Shown here one piece after another: positions 36,901 to 44,978 of a stretch of DNA of 63,185 bases. Location of the stretch: positions 1 to 63,185 of the IMG/VR virus record IMGVR_UViG_3300013126_000002. One strand, written 5' to 3'. A program made the translations under genes and the position numbers. This DNA comes from a virus (taxonomy: Duplodnaviria; Caudoviricetes). Positions within the stretch are counted from its first letter, which is position 1. Each line of letters opens with the position of its first letter. The notes under the pieces were generated by a model, which was given only the letters and a program-made list of their open reading frames with translations, was not told the origin of the DNA and did no database searches.

Positions 36901-37011
36901 ATGAAACCTAACGTGCGCCGCCCAATGTGGCGGATGCGGGTAGTCAAGTCCCGCAAGGGTAAAGGTAGTTTTAAACGAAAGGAAAAATATGAAACGGCAG
37001 ACAAAGGCTGA
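36901..37011 (+). CDS. arfA: ArfA-like alternative ribosome-rescue peptide (36 aa; not in ORF track)
   Basis: MKPNVRRPMWRMRVVKSRKGKGSFKRKEKYETADKG; matches the ArfA core P-L-F-R-x-R-V-x-K-x-K-K-G-K-G-S-Y-x-R-K; AGGA RBS. Confidence 0.65.
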   Translation: MKPNVRRPMWRMRVVKSRKGKGSFKRKEKYETADKG

Positions 37012-37288
37012 AGTCAGGTACGAACGGCAGGTCAAGGAGTGGCTATATGCACAGCATAATGTGGAGGAGGCCTTGCTTACCTTGGACTATATGGATCAGC
37101 TAATCCGTGATCGGGATGCCGCTGTACGCCACGCGAATTTTGTCTCTGACCTAGGGCTTCGATACAAAAAGACTAGGGACATCTATAAGGCGGTTCTCAG
37201 GGCGTGCAAGGCCGTGGGTACGCCTGAACTGGTGCCCCGTGTGGTGAAGGAAGTACGCCGCATAGTATGGGCAAAGAACATCGATTGA
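36989..37288 (+). CDS. Hypothetical protein
   Basis: AAGGA RBS; 99 aa. Confidence 0.65.
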   Translation: MKRQTKAEVRYERQVKEWLYAQHNVEEALLTLDYMDQLIRDRDAAVRHANFVSDLGLRYKKTRDIYKAVLRACKAVGTPELVPRVVKEVRRIVWAKNID

Positions 37289-37301
37289 AAGGAGGAGGGT
37301 T

Positions 37302-37469
37302 ATGTGCGACAGTCGATTTAGCGTACTGGTGTTTCTGGCCTACTGCCTGCTGTGTACTATCGTAGGTGCGCTTGCCATGTGGCTTGCGCTGAGCGGTACG
37401 CATACGTGCAGTGTAGAGGTTCAGCATACCGATCATGTGGCCGTTTACATTACCGAGTGCAAGATATAG
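37302..37469 (+). CDS. Small membrane protein (not in ORF track)
   Basis: AGGAGG RBS; one hydrophobic segment. Confidence 0.6.
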   Translation: MCDSRFSVLVFLAYCLLCTIVGALAMWLALSGTHTCSVEVQHTDHVAVYITECKI

Positions 37470-37516
37470 ACTAGCAATTCGGCCTCACCTTTATTGCGAA
37501 AGCAGCCCAAGATATT

Positions 37517-37795
37517 GTGATGATTATCTTAAACCGAGGTGGGGCCGATTCTACTTGGGGAGGTAGTGTGGAAGGTACGATCAAAGTTAATAACGTCTTG
37601 ATGCCGATGATGCCGTACGGCTGTCACTCGGACAATTCCCCCGACAGATTCAAAGAACCCCTGCTCACCAATGGCCGCGTGGTATGGCCGCACCGCATGA
37701 GTACGCAGTGCAGGTACGATGGGCGCGAGCGCGACCAGCGATGCGCCGAGTGCGAGCATGTGTGGGATACCGCGTACGTCGAAACCCTTATCTAG
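37517..37795 (+). CDS. Hypothetical Cys-containing protein (start uncertain)
   Basis: PYGCH...MSTQCRYD...RCAEC. Confidence 0.55.
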   Translation: MMIILNRGGADSTWGGSVEGTIKVNNVLMPMMPYGCHSDNSPDRFKEPLLTNGRVVWPHRMSTQCRYDGRERDQRCAECEHVWDTAYVETLI

Positions 37796-37803
37796 GAGCC
37801 TTT

Positions 37804-37989
37804 ATGGAGAAACTGGCAACAATCATCCCGCAGGATAGATGGTGGCGCAGAGGGGAGTGCGTAGTGCGTATTCTCAGTCGCGGCCATTACCCTGACACCG
37901 CATGGGTACGTCTGCCCAACGATGTAGAAACCGAGGTCTACATCAGCGATCTTGAGAACCCGCCTCCTCTACCCGTTAACGGACAGTGA
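37804..37989 (+). CDS. Hypothetical protein
   Basis: AGGAG RBS. Confidence 0.6.
   Translation: MEKLATIIPQDRWWRRGECVVRILSRGHYPDTAWVRLPNDVETEVYISDLENPPPLPVNGQ
37967..37988. promoter_or_regulatory. 22-bp palindrome copy 13 (degenerate)
   Basis: ctCTaCCCGTTAACGGACAGTG. Confidence 0.55.
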
Positions 37990-37991
37990 TC

Positions 37992-38279
37992 ATGAACATT
38001 CTTGAAGAAGCCCAAAGCATTATCTATGGTGACCGCGAGCAGACGTACGGCCACCCCGCCAAGAACATCAACCACATCGCCGCGCAGTGGACGCTATACC
38101 TCCACCAGCGCCACGGCATAGTAGTGACACTTACTGCCGAGGACGTGTGCTGGATGATGGTAGACCTTAAGAAAACCCGCCAGATGAACGCACAGAAGCG
38201 GGATAACGTAGTGGATGGCGCAGGCTATCTAGCCCTTATCGAACGTATTGGAGAACACAATGGAACTGCTGACACTTGA
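37992..38279 (+). CDS. DUF6378-like protein
   Basis: ILEEA..IIYGDR..TYG.P and DN.VDGAGY motifs. Confidence 0.7.
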   Translation: MNILEEAQSIIYGDREQTYGHPAKNINHIAAQWTLYLHQRHGIVVTLTAEDVCWMMVDLKKTRQMNAQKRDNVVDGAGYLALIERIGEHNGTADT

Positions 38280-40068
38280 TTTCGAAACATTCTATTCCAA
38301 GGACTACACGCTCAAGAAACTGACCACCGAGGGGTACATCCGCGACTCGCGCTTCAAGGCGCACGGCTGTGGGTTTAAGTGGAATGAGGAGGGTAGTTTC
38401 TGGGTCTCCGGCAAGGACTTGCCCGCCTTCTTTGAGGCAAACCGCACGCGTATCGAACAGGCTGCTGTACTGGCCCACCACGCGCATTTTGACGGGCTCA
38501 TCCTGTCGCATCATTACGGCATTGTGCCCAAGGCCTACTTCGACACCCTGAGCATGGGACGGGTACTGCACGGCCACGACGTTGGCGGCTCACTGGCTAA
38601 GCTGGTGGCGCACTACAAACTGCGCCGCAAGATGTCGGAGCGGCTAGTTGCTACAATGGGTATCGAGGAACTTGGCCCTGATCTGGAGACGGCGCTGGCC
38701 GAATACTGCTTGGGTGACGTGGATAACACCTACGACCTGTGCCAGATTTTCCTGCCGCAGTTCAAGCGTACCGAGCTGAAGTTCATCGACATCACCGTCA
38801 AGATGTTCACGCGCCCGCTGCTTACACTGGATACCGCCCTGCTGGAAGAAGCTGAGCGCCGTCTTGCCGAAGATATTGACGGGCTGCTGCGCGAAGCAGG
38901 GGTGGACAACAAGGAGGTGCTGCGGAGCGATGCCAAGTTTGCCGAACTGCTTGGCGCGTACATCGGCCCTGAGAACGTCCCGACCAAGATCAGCAAGACG
39001 ACGGGGTTGCCCGCATACGCGTTCGCCAAGACGGACAAGGCGTTCACCGATCTTGTGGATAGTGGCGACCCCACGGTAGCTGCACTGGTGCTGGCACGGC
39101 TTAGCACCAAGACCAGTATCATGGTCTCCCGCACTGCGCGTATGTCCGCTATGGCGAAGCGCGGCCCCGCGCCCGTCTACATCAAGTACGCAGGCGCTGT
39201 GCAGACGCACCGCACGTCAGGCGGCGACAAGATGAACTGGCAGAACCTCAGCAAGGGTAGTGTCCTGCGTAAGGCCGTCATGGCTCCGGAAGGCTACGTG
39301 CTGGGGGTGTGCGATAGCTCCAACATCGAGTCACGCGTACTGGATACGCTGGCAGGGCAGATGGACGCTGTGCAGCGCTACCGCGACAGGCAAGACCCCT
39401 ATACGCACTTGGCATCCAAAATCTACCACCGCGTCATCACCAAGGAGGACGCCGATGAGCGCCAGTTGGGCAAGGTGGCTAAGTTGGGGCTGGGGTTCGG
39501 CATGGGGGCGAAGAAGTTTAAGGTCACGGCTCAGAACTGGGGCATCAACATTGACGACGAGATGGCGTTCAATACGGTGGAGACCTACCGCAATACCCAC
39601 GGCAAGGTAGTCGAGCTGTGGAACAGGGCAGGGTTCGCCATCGAGGCCATGTCGAAGGGTATGCGCGTGAATGTCGATTCGGCGGGTCTAGTTGTCACGG
39701 ATGTTCAGTCCCTGATCCTGCCGAATGGCCTGCGCCTGCGCTATCCGCAGTTGCGCCGAGGGCGTGACGGGTGGGAGTTTTTCAACGGGAAATTCTGGAC
39801 AAAAATCTACGGCGGTAAGCTGGTAGAAAATATCGTTCAGGCACTTGCGCGGATCATTGTTTCGGAGCAAACTGTCCTTATCGCGCGTGAACTTCCCGTC
39901 GTAATGTTCGCGCATGACGAAGCTGTGACCCTAATGCCGGAGGCAACGGCTGATGCAGGGCTCAGTTACATGCTGGAATGTATGCGTACACCACCTGAGT
40001 GGTGGCCGACTGTTCCTATTGGTGCTGAAGCGGGGTATGCTGTACGTTACAGTGACGCCAAAAAATAG
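38260..40068 (+). CDS. Family A DNA polymerase with 3'-5' exonuclease
   Basis: Exonuclease LDFET, HFDG, YCLGD; motif A DSSNIESR; motif B RQLGKVAKLGLGFG; motif C HDE. Confidence 0.92.
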   Translation: MELLTLDFETFYSKDYTLKKLTTEGYIRDSRFKAHGCGFKWNEEGSFWVSGKDLPAFFEANRTRIEQAAVLAHHAHFDGLILSHHYGIVPKAYFDTLSMGRVLHGHDVGGSLAKLVAHYKLRRKMSERLVATMGIEELGPDLETALAEYCLGDVDNTYDLCQIFLPQFKRTELKFIDITVKMFTRPLLTLDTALLEEAERRLAEDIDGLLREAGVDNKEVLRSDAKFAELLGAYIGPENVPTKISKTTGLPAYAFAKTDKAFTDLVDSGDPTVAALVLARLSTKTSIMVSRTARMSAMAKRGPAPVYIKYAGAVQTHRTSGGDKMNWQNLSKGSVLRKAVMAPEGYVLGVCDSSNIESRVLDTLAGQMDAVQRYRDRQDPYTHLASKIYHRVITKEDADERQLGKVAKLGLGFGMGAKKFKVTAQNWGINIDDEMAFNTVETYRNTHGKVVELWNRAGFAIEAMSKGMRVNVDSAGLVVTDVQSLILPNGLRLRYPQLRRGRDGWEFFNGKFWTKIYGGKLVENIVQALARIIVSEQTVLIARELPVVMFAHDEAVTLMPEATADAGLSYMLECMRTPPEWWPTVPIGAEAGYAVRYSDAKK

Positions 40069-40077
40069 GAGGTTGTT

Positions 40078-40353
40078 ATGCCGTCTAGCTCAAACTACGT
40101 GCGTGATTACGCGCAGGAGTACAAAACGTCCAAGAAACGTGGGGAGGGCAAAGGCAACGCCCTCCGCCATAAGGCTCGCCGCAAGGCGGTCAAACTTGGC
40201 ATGGTAAAGCCCGGCGATGGTAAGGATGTTGATCACAAGCAGGCGCTGAGCAAGGGGGGCAGTAACGACAAGTCGAATTGGCGCGTCACATCTGCCAGCG
40301 AGAACCGGAGCTTCCCGCGTAATAAACGCGGGGGCATGATAAGGAATACATGA
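40078..40353 (+). CDS. HNH endonuclease-like protein
   Basis: DVDHK.ALSKGGSN..SN.R....NRS. Confidence 0.8.
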   Translation: MPSSSNYVRDYAQEYKTSKKRGEGKGNALRHKARRKAVKLGMVKPGDGKDVDHKQALSKGGSNDKSNWRVTSASENRSFPRNKRGGMIRNT

Positions 40354-41018
40354 AACAGCCTAACTGGTCGTTCTCCTCATTGGAGAAATTCAGGACGTGC
40401 CCCAAGCAGTTCTACCATGTACGGATTGCGAAAGATGTAGTTGAACCCCCCGGCGAGGCGGCAACGTGGGGCAGCAGGGTACACAAGGCCATCGAAGATT
40501 ATCTACGCGATGGCAAGCCGTTGGAACCTGAGTTGTCGATGTATGAGAAGTACTGCCGTGGGTTGGCAGATATTAAGGCGGAGCAGTTTCTGATCGAGCA
40601 TCCTATGTCGATCAACGCCAATATGTCGCCCTGTGAATGGGCGGCAGAAGATGTATGGTGCAGGGCGATTGCCGACGTGCTGGCCGTTAAAGGCGAACGT
40701 GCGCTGGTATGGGATCACAAGACCGGAAAGAAGAAACCCTCCGATCAGTTGGCCCTGAACGCCCTGCTGGTGTTCATCCATTACCCTGAAGTCGAGGAAG
40801 TAAAGTCGGTATTCTACTGGCTGAAGATCGATGACTATACGGAGGAGACGTTCTTCCGGACGGAGATTCCGCAGTTGTGGCAGCGCTTCCTGCCGGACTT
40901 GCAGCAGTACAACAAGGCGCATGAGACGGGCGTATTCAATGCAAAACCGTCAGGCCTTTGCAACGGATGGTGTGCGGTAGAAAGCTGCCCGCACTGGCGT
41001 CCGAAGCGTAAGAAATAA
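40350..41018 (+). CDS. PD-(D/E)XK exonuclease (Cas4/RecB-like)
   Basis: WSFS..F..CP, G..VH, AD, DHKTGK, QL, and C..WC...CPH. Confidence 0.85.
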   Translation: MKQPNWSFSSLEKFRTCPKQFYHVRIAKDVVEPPGEAATWGSRVHKAIEDYLRDGKPLEPELSMYEKYCRGLADIKAEQFLIEHPMSINANMSPCEWAAEDVWCRAIADVLAVKGERALVWDHKTGKKKPSDQLALNALLVFIHYPEVEEVKSVFYWLKIDDYTEETFFRTEIPQLWQRFLPDLQQYNKAHETGVFNAKPSGLCNGWCAVESCPHWRPKRKK

Positions 41019-41049
41019 AAAACCTCCGGTGCTGGAGAGACACCGGAGG
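41017..41049 (-). terminator. Hairpin with A-tract on its left side (antisense terminator)
   Basis: AAAAAA CCTCCGGTG...CACCGGAGG. Confidence 0.55.
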
Positions 41050-41078
41050 CAACCCTTAGTTATAGGAGCCCATAGGAG

Positions 41079-41432
41079 ATGAGCAAGGCAATTGTATTTA
41101 CGAACGAAGCCGATGTAAAGCGGGAAGTCAAGAAAATCCTGAAAAAGCACGGCATCCACCCGTATGCAGCACCCATTGTAGAAGGCGCACGCGGCTACTA
41201 CTTCATGCCGTCAGCCAATGCGTATGGCAGCAACGGCACCAGCGACTTCATCGTCAACGTCAAAGGGCACTTCGTAGCCATCGAGACGAAGTTCGGGCGT
41301 AACCAGCCTACCCCACTGCAACAGCGTTTTATAGACGCCACCAACCAGACAACGGGTATCGCCTGTGTAGTTAATGAGCTGTGCCTTGACCAGCTTGATC
41401 AGCTTTTGACCCACCACTTCGGGGGGCTGTGA
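41079..41432 (+). CDS. VRR-NUC domain nuclease
   Basis: EADVK, G.SDF, G.FVAIETK, PTPLQ. Confidence 0.85.
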   Translation: MSKAIVFTNEADVKREVKKILKKHGIHPYAAPIVEGARGYYFMPSANAYGSNGTSDFIVNVKGHFVAIETKFGRNQPTPLQQRFIDATNQTTGIACVVNELCLDQLDQLLTHHFGGL

Positions 41433-43009
41433 TGCAAGTCGTTACTGATCAACGTGCGCTATTGCTACGCGTCAGGCATCCTGATGCGGTAAAGCAGTTC
41501 ATCCCCCGTAGCAAAGTCCTGCCTCCGGATATTCAGGCGCAGGTCGATGGGCACAACGTATCCGTGTACCACGGGCTGGAGGAGTTCAAGGTTCTTCGCA
41601 ACCTGAACATCAAGGCTCCCAGTCCGATCATGTATTACTACGACTGGCCGGGCAAGTACACGCCGTTCGCCCACCAGAAGGAAACTTCCGCGTTCCTGAC
41701 GCTGCACCATAGGGCGTTCGTGCTGAATGAGATGGGTACGTCCAAGACCGCATCCAACTTGTGGGCTGCCGACTTCCTGATGCAACAGGGTGCAATCCGC
41801 AAAGTGCTGGTGCTGTCGCCGCTGTCTACGCTGGAGCTGGTATGGCTCAATGAAATCTTCTCTGCCGTACCCCATCGTTCGGCGGTAGTCCTGCACGGCC
41901 CCGCAAAGAAGCGGTTTGAACTGCTGGCACAGGACGCAGACTTTTACATCATGAACCACGATGGCTTGAAGGTCACGGGGATGGTAGCCGAACTGGCGAA
42001 AAAGGCAGGGATCGACTTGATCATTGTCGATGAGGCCAGCGTATTCCGCAACGCAGGCACCAAGGCGTATAAGCTACTCAAGAGCCTGATCACCCCCCGT
42101 ATGAGGCTCTGGCTGAACACGGGCACCCCCTGCCCGAACGCGCCGACTGACGCATGGGCACTGGCTCGACTGGTGTGCCCTGATCGGGTGCCGCAGTTCT
42201 TCGCTACCTACAAACGGCAGCTTATGTTTCAGGTGTCGCAGTACAAATGGAAGGCTAAGCCCGAAGCCTACGAACTGGCGTTCCAGTCCATGCAACCTGC
42301 GATCCGGTACAAGAAAAGCGAGTGCCTTGATCTGCCGCCAGTCATGTTTGAGAACCGCGAAGCCGAGTTGTCTGAAGAACAGAAGCATACCTATAAGGTG
42401 ATGAAGTCCAAGATCATGTCGGCGCAGATTGACGGGGCGCAGATCACGGCGGTCAATGCTGCTGACCAGATCAACAAGCTGCGGCAAATCCTGTGCGGCG
42501 TAGTCAAGAACCCTGAGACAGGCGACTATCTGGAGATCGACCATAGCGCACGCACAAGGCTGCTGCTGGAGATTATCGAGGAGGCCAGCGCCAAGGTGCT
42601 GGTAGTCGTGCCGTTCAAGGGGATCATCGAGACGCTGGCAAAGGAAGTAGGCAAACACCACTCGGTTGCCGTGCTGAACGGGGACGTATCGCGTAACGAG
42701 CGCACCCGCATCGTCAATGAGTTCAAGACCCAGAAAGACCCGCATGTGCTGCTATGCCACCCCAAGGTTATGGCGCACGGGCTGAATCTGGTCGAGGCAG
42801 ATACGATGGTGTTCTATGCCCCGATCTACTCCAACGACGAAGCGTTGCAGGTGGTAGAACGATTCAACCGCGCAGGCCAGACCCGCAAGATGACTGTCGT
42901 TAAGATCGGCGCTCACCCGCTGGAGTGGGGCATCTACGACACGCTGAACAGCCGCAAGACCGCGCAGGAGACCATTCTTGATCTGTACAAAAAAGAGTTG
43001 CAAACTTAA
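41429..43009 (+). CDS. SNF2-family helicase
   Basis: PFAHQ, EMGTSKT, DEAS, TGTP, HGLNL, R.GQ. Confidence 0.9.
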   Translation: MMQVVTDQRALLLRVRHPDAVKQFIPRSKVLPPDIQAQVDGHNVSVYHGLEEFKVLRNLNIKAPSPIMYYYDWPGKYTPFAHQKETSAFLTLHHRAFVLNEMGTSKTASNLWAADFLMQQGAIRKVLVLSPLSTLELVWLNEIFSAVPHRSAVVLHGPAKKRFELLAQDADFYIMNHDGLKVTGMVAELAKKAGIDLIIVDEASVFRNAGTKAYKLLKSLITPRMRLWLNTGTPCPNAPTDAWALARLVCPDRVPQFFATYKRQLMFQVSQYKWKAKPEAYELAFQSMQPAIRYKKSECLDLPPVMFENREAELSEEQKHTYKVMKSKIMSAQIDGAQITAVNAADQINKLRQILCGVVKNPETGDYLEIDHSARTRLLLEIIEEASAKVLVVVPFKGIIETLAKEVGKHHSVAVLNGDVSRNERTRIVNEFKTQKDPHVLLCHPKVMAHGLNLVEADTMVFYAPIYSNDEALQVVERFNRAGQTRKMTVVKIGAHPLEWGIYDTLNSRKTAQETILDLYKKELQT

Positions 43010-43025
43010 CAAGTTTGTGTATAAT
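42998..43025 (+). promoter_or_regulatory. Promoter
   Basis: TTGCAA-16-TATAAT. Confidence 0.55.
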
Positions 43026-43066
43026 ACGTGTAAGTTTCACCCTTAGCCCACTATTAGGAGAATAAT

Positions 43067-43471
43067 ATGAGCATCGATCTTTCCAGCCACACTGTCGATA
43101 AGCTGGTGGCGACCTACATTCGGCTGCGCGATCAACGCGCCGAAGCTACCCGTGCCTATGAAGCCGAGGACAAAGAATTTTCTGCTGCCTTGGCCGACTT
43201 GTCTGCCGAACTGCTGCGCCGTGCCCAAGAGTCTGGCGTAGAGGGGTTCAAGACCGAACATGGCACCACCTACAAGAAGGTATCCGTCAAGGCGTCTATT
43301 GCCGATGACAACATTTTCTATAACTGGCTGCGCGATAACGATGCGGCGGCTGCGTTCCTTGAGCGCCGCGTCAAGTCGTCCTCTGTCGCCAGTTATATGG
43401 AAGAACACGAAGCTGCGCCGCCCGGCCTGAACGTGTTTAAAGAACTGACCATGCAGGTCAGGAAGTCTTAA
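43067..43471 (+). CDS. Conserved replication-module protein
   Basis: YIRLRD, KTEHGT and PPGLN motifs typical of the gene preceding phage SSB. Confidence 0.7.
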   Translation: MSIDLSSHTVDKLVATYIRLRDQRAEATRAYEAEDKEFSAALADLSAELLRRAQESGVEGFKTEHGTTYKKVSVKASIADDNIFYNWLRDNDAAAAFLERRVKSSSVASYMEEHEAAPPGLNVFKELTMQVRKS

Positions 43472-43491
43472 CCCCAACTAAGGAGCATATT

Positions 43492-44493
43492 GTGAGCGCA
43501 CTTATTCCGTTTGAATCTGCTTCGGTTCCCGCCCACGTCCTCGCGGCGTTCGGTGGCGAGTCGAATATCCCGCAACGCGCATCTATCCCCAGCCTGACGT
43601 TCCGTGGCAAGGTGTGGCGCATTAACCTTGAGGGCGAGGAGACGCCCATCACCAAGGAAACCGAGGATGGTGTCGAGCCGGTTAGCACCGTCAGCGTTGT
43701 CATCCTGAACTTCAACCGCAACCGCAGCCGCGCGTATTACGAAGGCTCGTTTGAGGAAGGCAAGAGCCAAGCTCCGGCCTGTTGGTCTAGCGATGGCGTA
43801 GCCCCCGACAAGGGTGTGTCTGAGCCGTGTGCTGCTACCTGTGCCGCGTGCCCCAACTCCGTCAAGGGTAGTCGCGTAACCGACAACGGCAAGGCCGTCA
43901 CCGCTTGTTCGCAGTTCCAGCGTCTGGTCGTGGTGCCGTCTACCAGCCTCAACTTTGAGCCGCTGCTGCTCCGTCTGCCGCAGACTTCTCTGTGGGATAA
44001 GGACAACGCAGCCAACGAGGCGCAAGGCTGGTACGCATGGAGTCAGTTCGTAGACTTCATCCGCGCACGCGGCGTCACCAACTCGGCTACCATTGCCGTC
44101 AAGGTGAAGTTCGACTCCCGCGTAGCCTACCCGAAGCTGTTGTTCAAGGCTGATCGGTATCTGGATGCGGACGAGCTGAACGTCACCCGCGATCTGTGGA
44201 AAAGCACGAAGGTGCTGGACTTGATCAATGGCGCGAACTTCGTTGGCCCGACCAGCGACACGCCTGCGATTGCCCAGCCGCAGAAGGGTAAGGTAACGCC
44301 CATCAACGCCGCCAAGCAGGCGAGTACTGTGGCGGTGCCGGAAACGTCTGATGAGGATGAAGCTGCCGGTACGTGGGGTGCAGCATCTGCATCTGCCCCC
44401 GTTGCTGAGCCGGAGCCCGCCCCTGTGGCAGCCCAAGCAGTTGAGGTTGGTAGCAAGCTCGGTGCCGCCCTGACTAGCTGGGATGACGCATAA
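43492..44493 (+). CDS. Putative ssDNA-binding/annealing protein
   Basis: P.CWS.DG..P, C..CP..KGS, and an acidic WDDA terminus. Confidence 0.65.
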   Translation: MSALIPFESASVPAHVLAAFGGESNIPQRASIPSLTFRGKVWRINLEGEETPITKETEDGVEPVSTVSVVILNFNRNRSRAYYEGSFEEGKSQAPACWSSDGVAPDKGVSEPCAATCAACPNSVKGSRVTDNGKAVTACSQFQRLVVVPSTSLNFEPLLLRLPQTSLWDKDNAANEAQGWYAWSQFVDFIRARGVTNSATIAVKVKFDSRVAYPKLLFKADRYLDADELNVTRDLWKSTKVLDLINGANFVGPTSDTPAIAQPQKGKVTPINAAKQASTVAVPETSDEDEAAGTWGAASASAPVAEPEPAPVAAQAVEVGSKLGAALTSWDDA

Positions 44494-44503
44494 TTAACCA
44501 ACA

Positions 44504-44519
44504 GGGGGCTTCGGCCCCC
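44504..44519 (+). terminator. GGGGGC-TTCG-GCCCCC hairpin (no U-tract)
   Basis: Identical to the hairpins at 14582, 14972 and 22653. Confidence 0.5.
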
Positions 44520-44541
44520 TACCTACCCTTCGGAGACCATA

Positions 44542-44928
44542 ATGAGTAAAACTGTTGCCCGTCGAGGCCGTCCCCTGTCTCTCTATGATGAGACTACCCA
44601 ACGCATCAATAACGCTGTTGCCCGCGATCCTGCCCAGCTTGGCCCCCGCCTTGGCCTGTGCGCTCGTCAGTGCGGACTGTCCGCCCGCGAAGTGGCTGGC
44701 CTTTTAGATGCTTCCCTTCCAACCGTATACCGCTGGTTCTTTGGCGAAAGCGAGCCGTCCCGTGCCTATCGTGGTCGTGCGCTGCGGATGCTGAAGATCA
44801 TGGAGTGGGCCGTCAAGACCGGTCGTATCCCGATTCTCGGATATTCGCCGGAAGAAACTGTTTTAAATTATCGAGCCGTTTCAACCGATTACGCAAAAGC
44901 CAAAGATGCCCCTGTTGATGTAGGTTGA
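44542..44928 (+). CDS. XRE-like HTH protein
   Basis: GLSAREVAGLL..S.PTVYRWF.G.SEP; N-terminal RRGRP. Confidence 0.75.
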   Translation: MSKTVARRGRPLSLYDETTQRINNAVARDPAQLGPRLGLCARQCGLSAREVAGLLDASLPTVYRWFFGESEPSRAYRGRALRMLKIMEWAVKTGRIPILGYSPEETVLNYRAVSTDYAKAKDAPVDVG

Positions 44929-44953
44929 ACTCCGCATTTTGCGGGTGTAATCT
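44925..44953 (+). promoter_or_regulatory. Promoter for primase with an inverted repeat in its spacer
   Basis: TTGAAC-17-TAATCT; CCGCA-TTT-TGCGG in the spacer. Confidence 0.45.
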
Positions 44954-44978
44954 AGTTCTTTATCGATAAGGGGGCACT

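Noticed and set aside
22803-37988. Palindromes as a CRISPR or TIGR-like array
   Set aside because: Spacing is irregular (about 0.1-4 kb), there are no uniform spacers, and no Cas or Nop-domain gene is recognisable
40350-41018. Cas4 as evidence of a CRISPR system
   Set aside because: Stand-alone PD-(D/E)XK nuclease in a standard phage replication module
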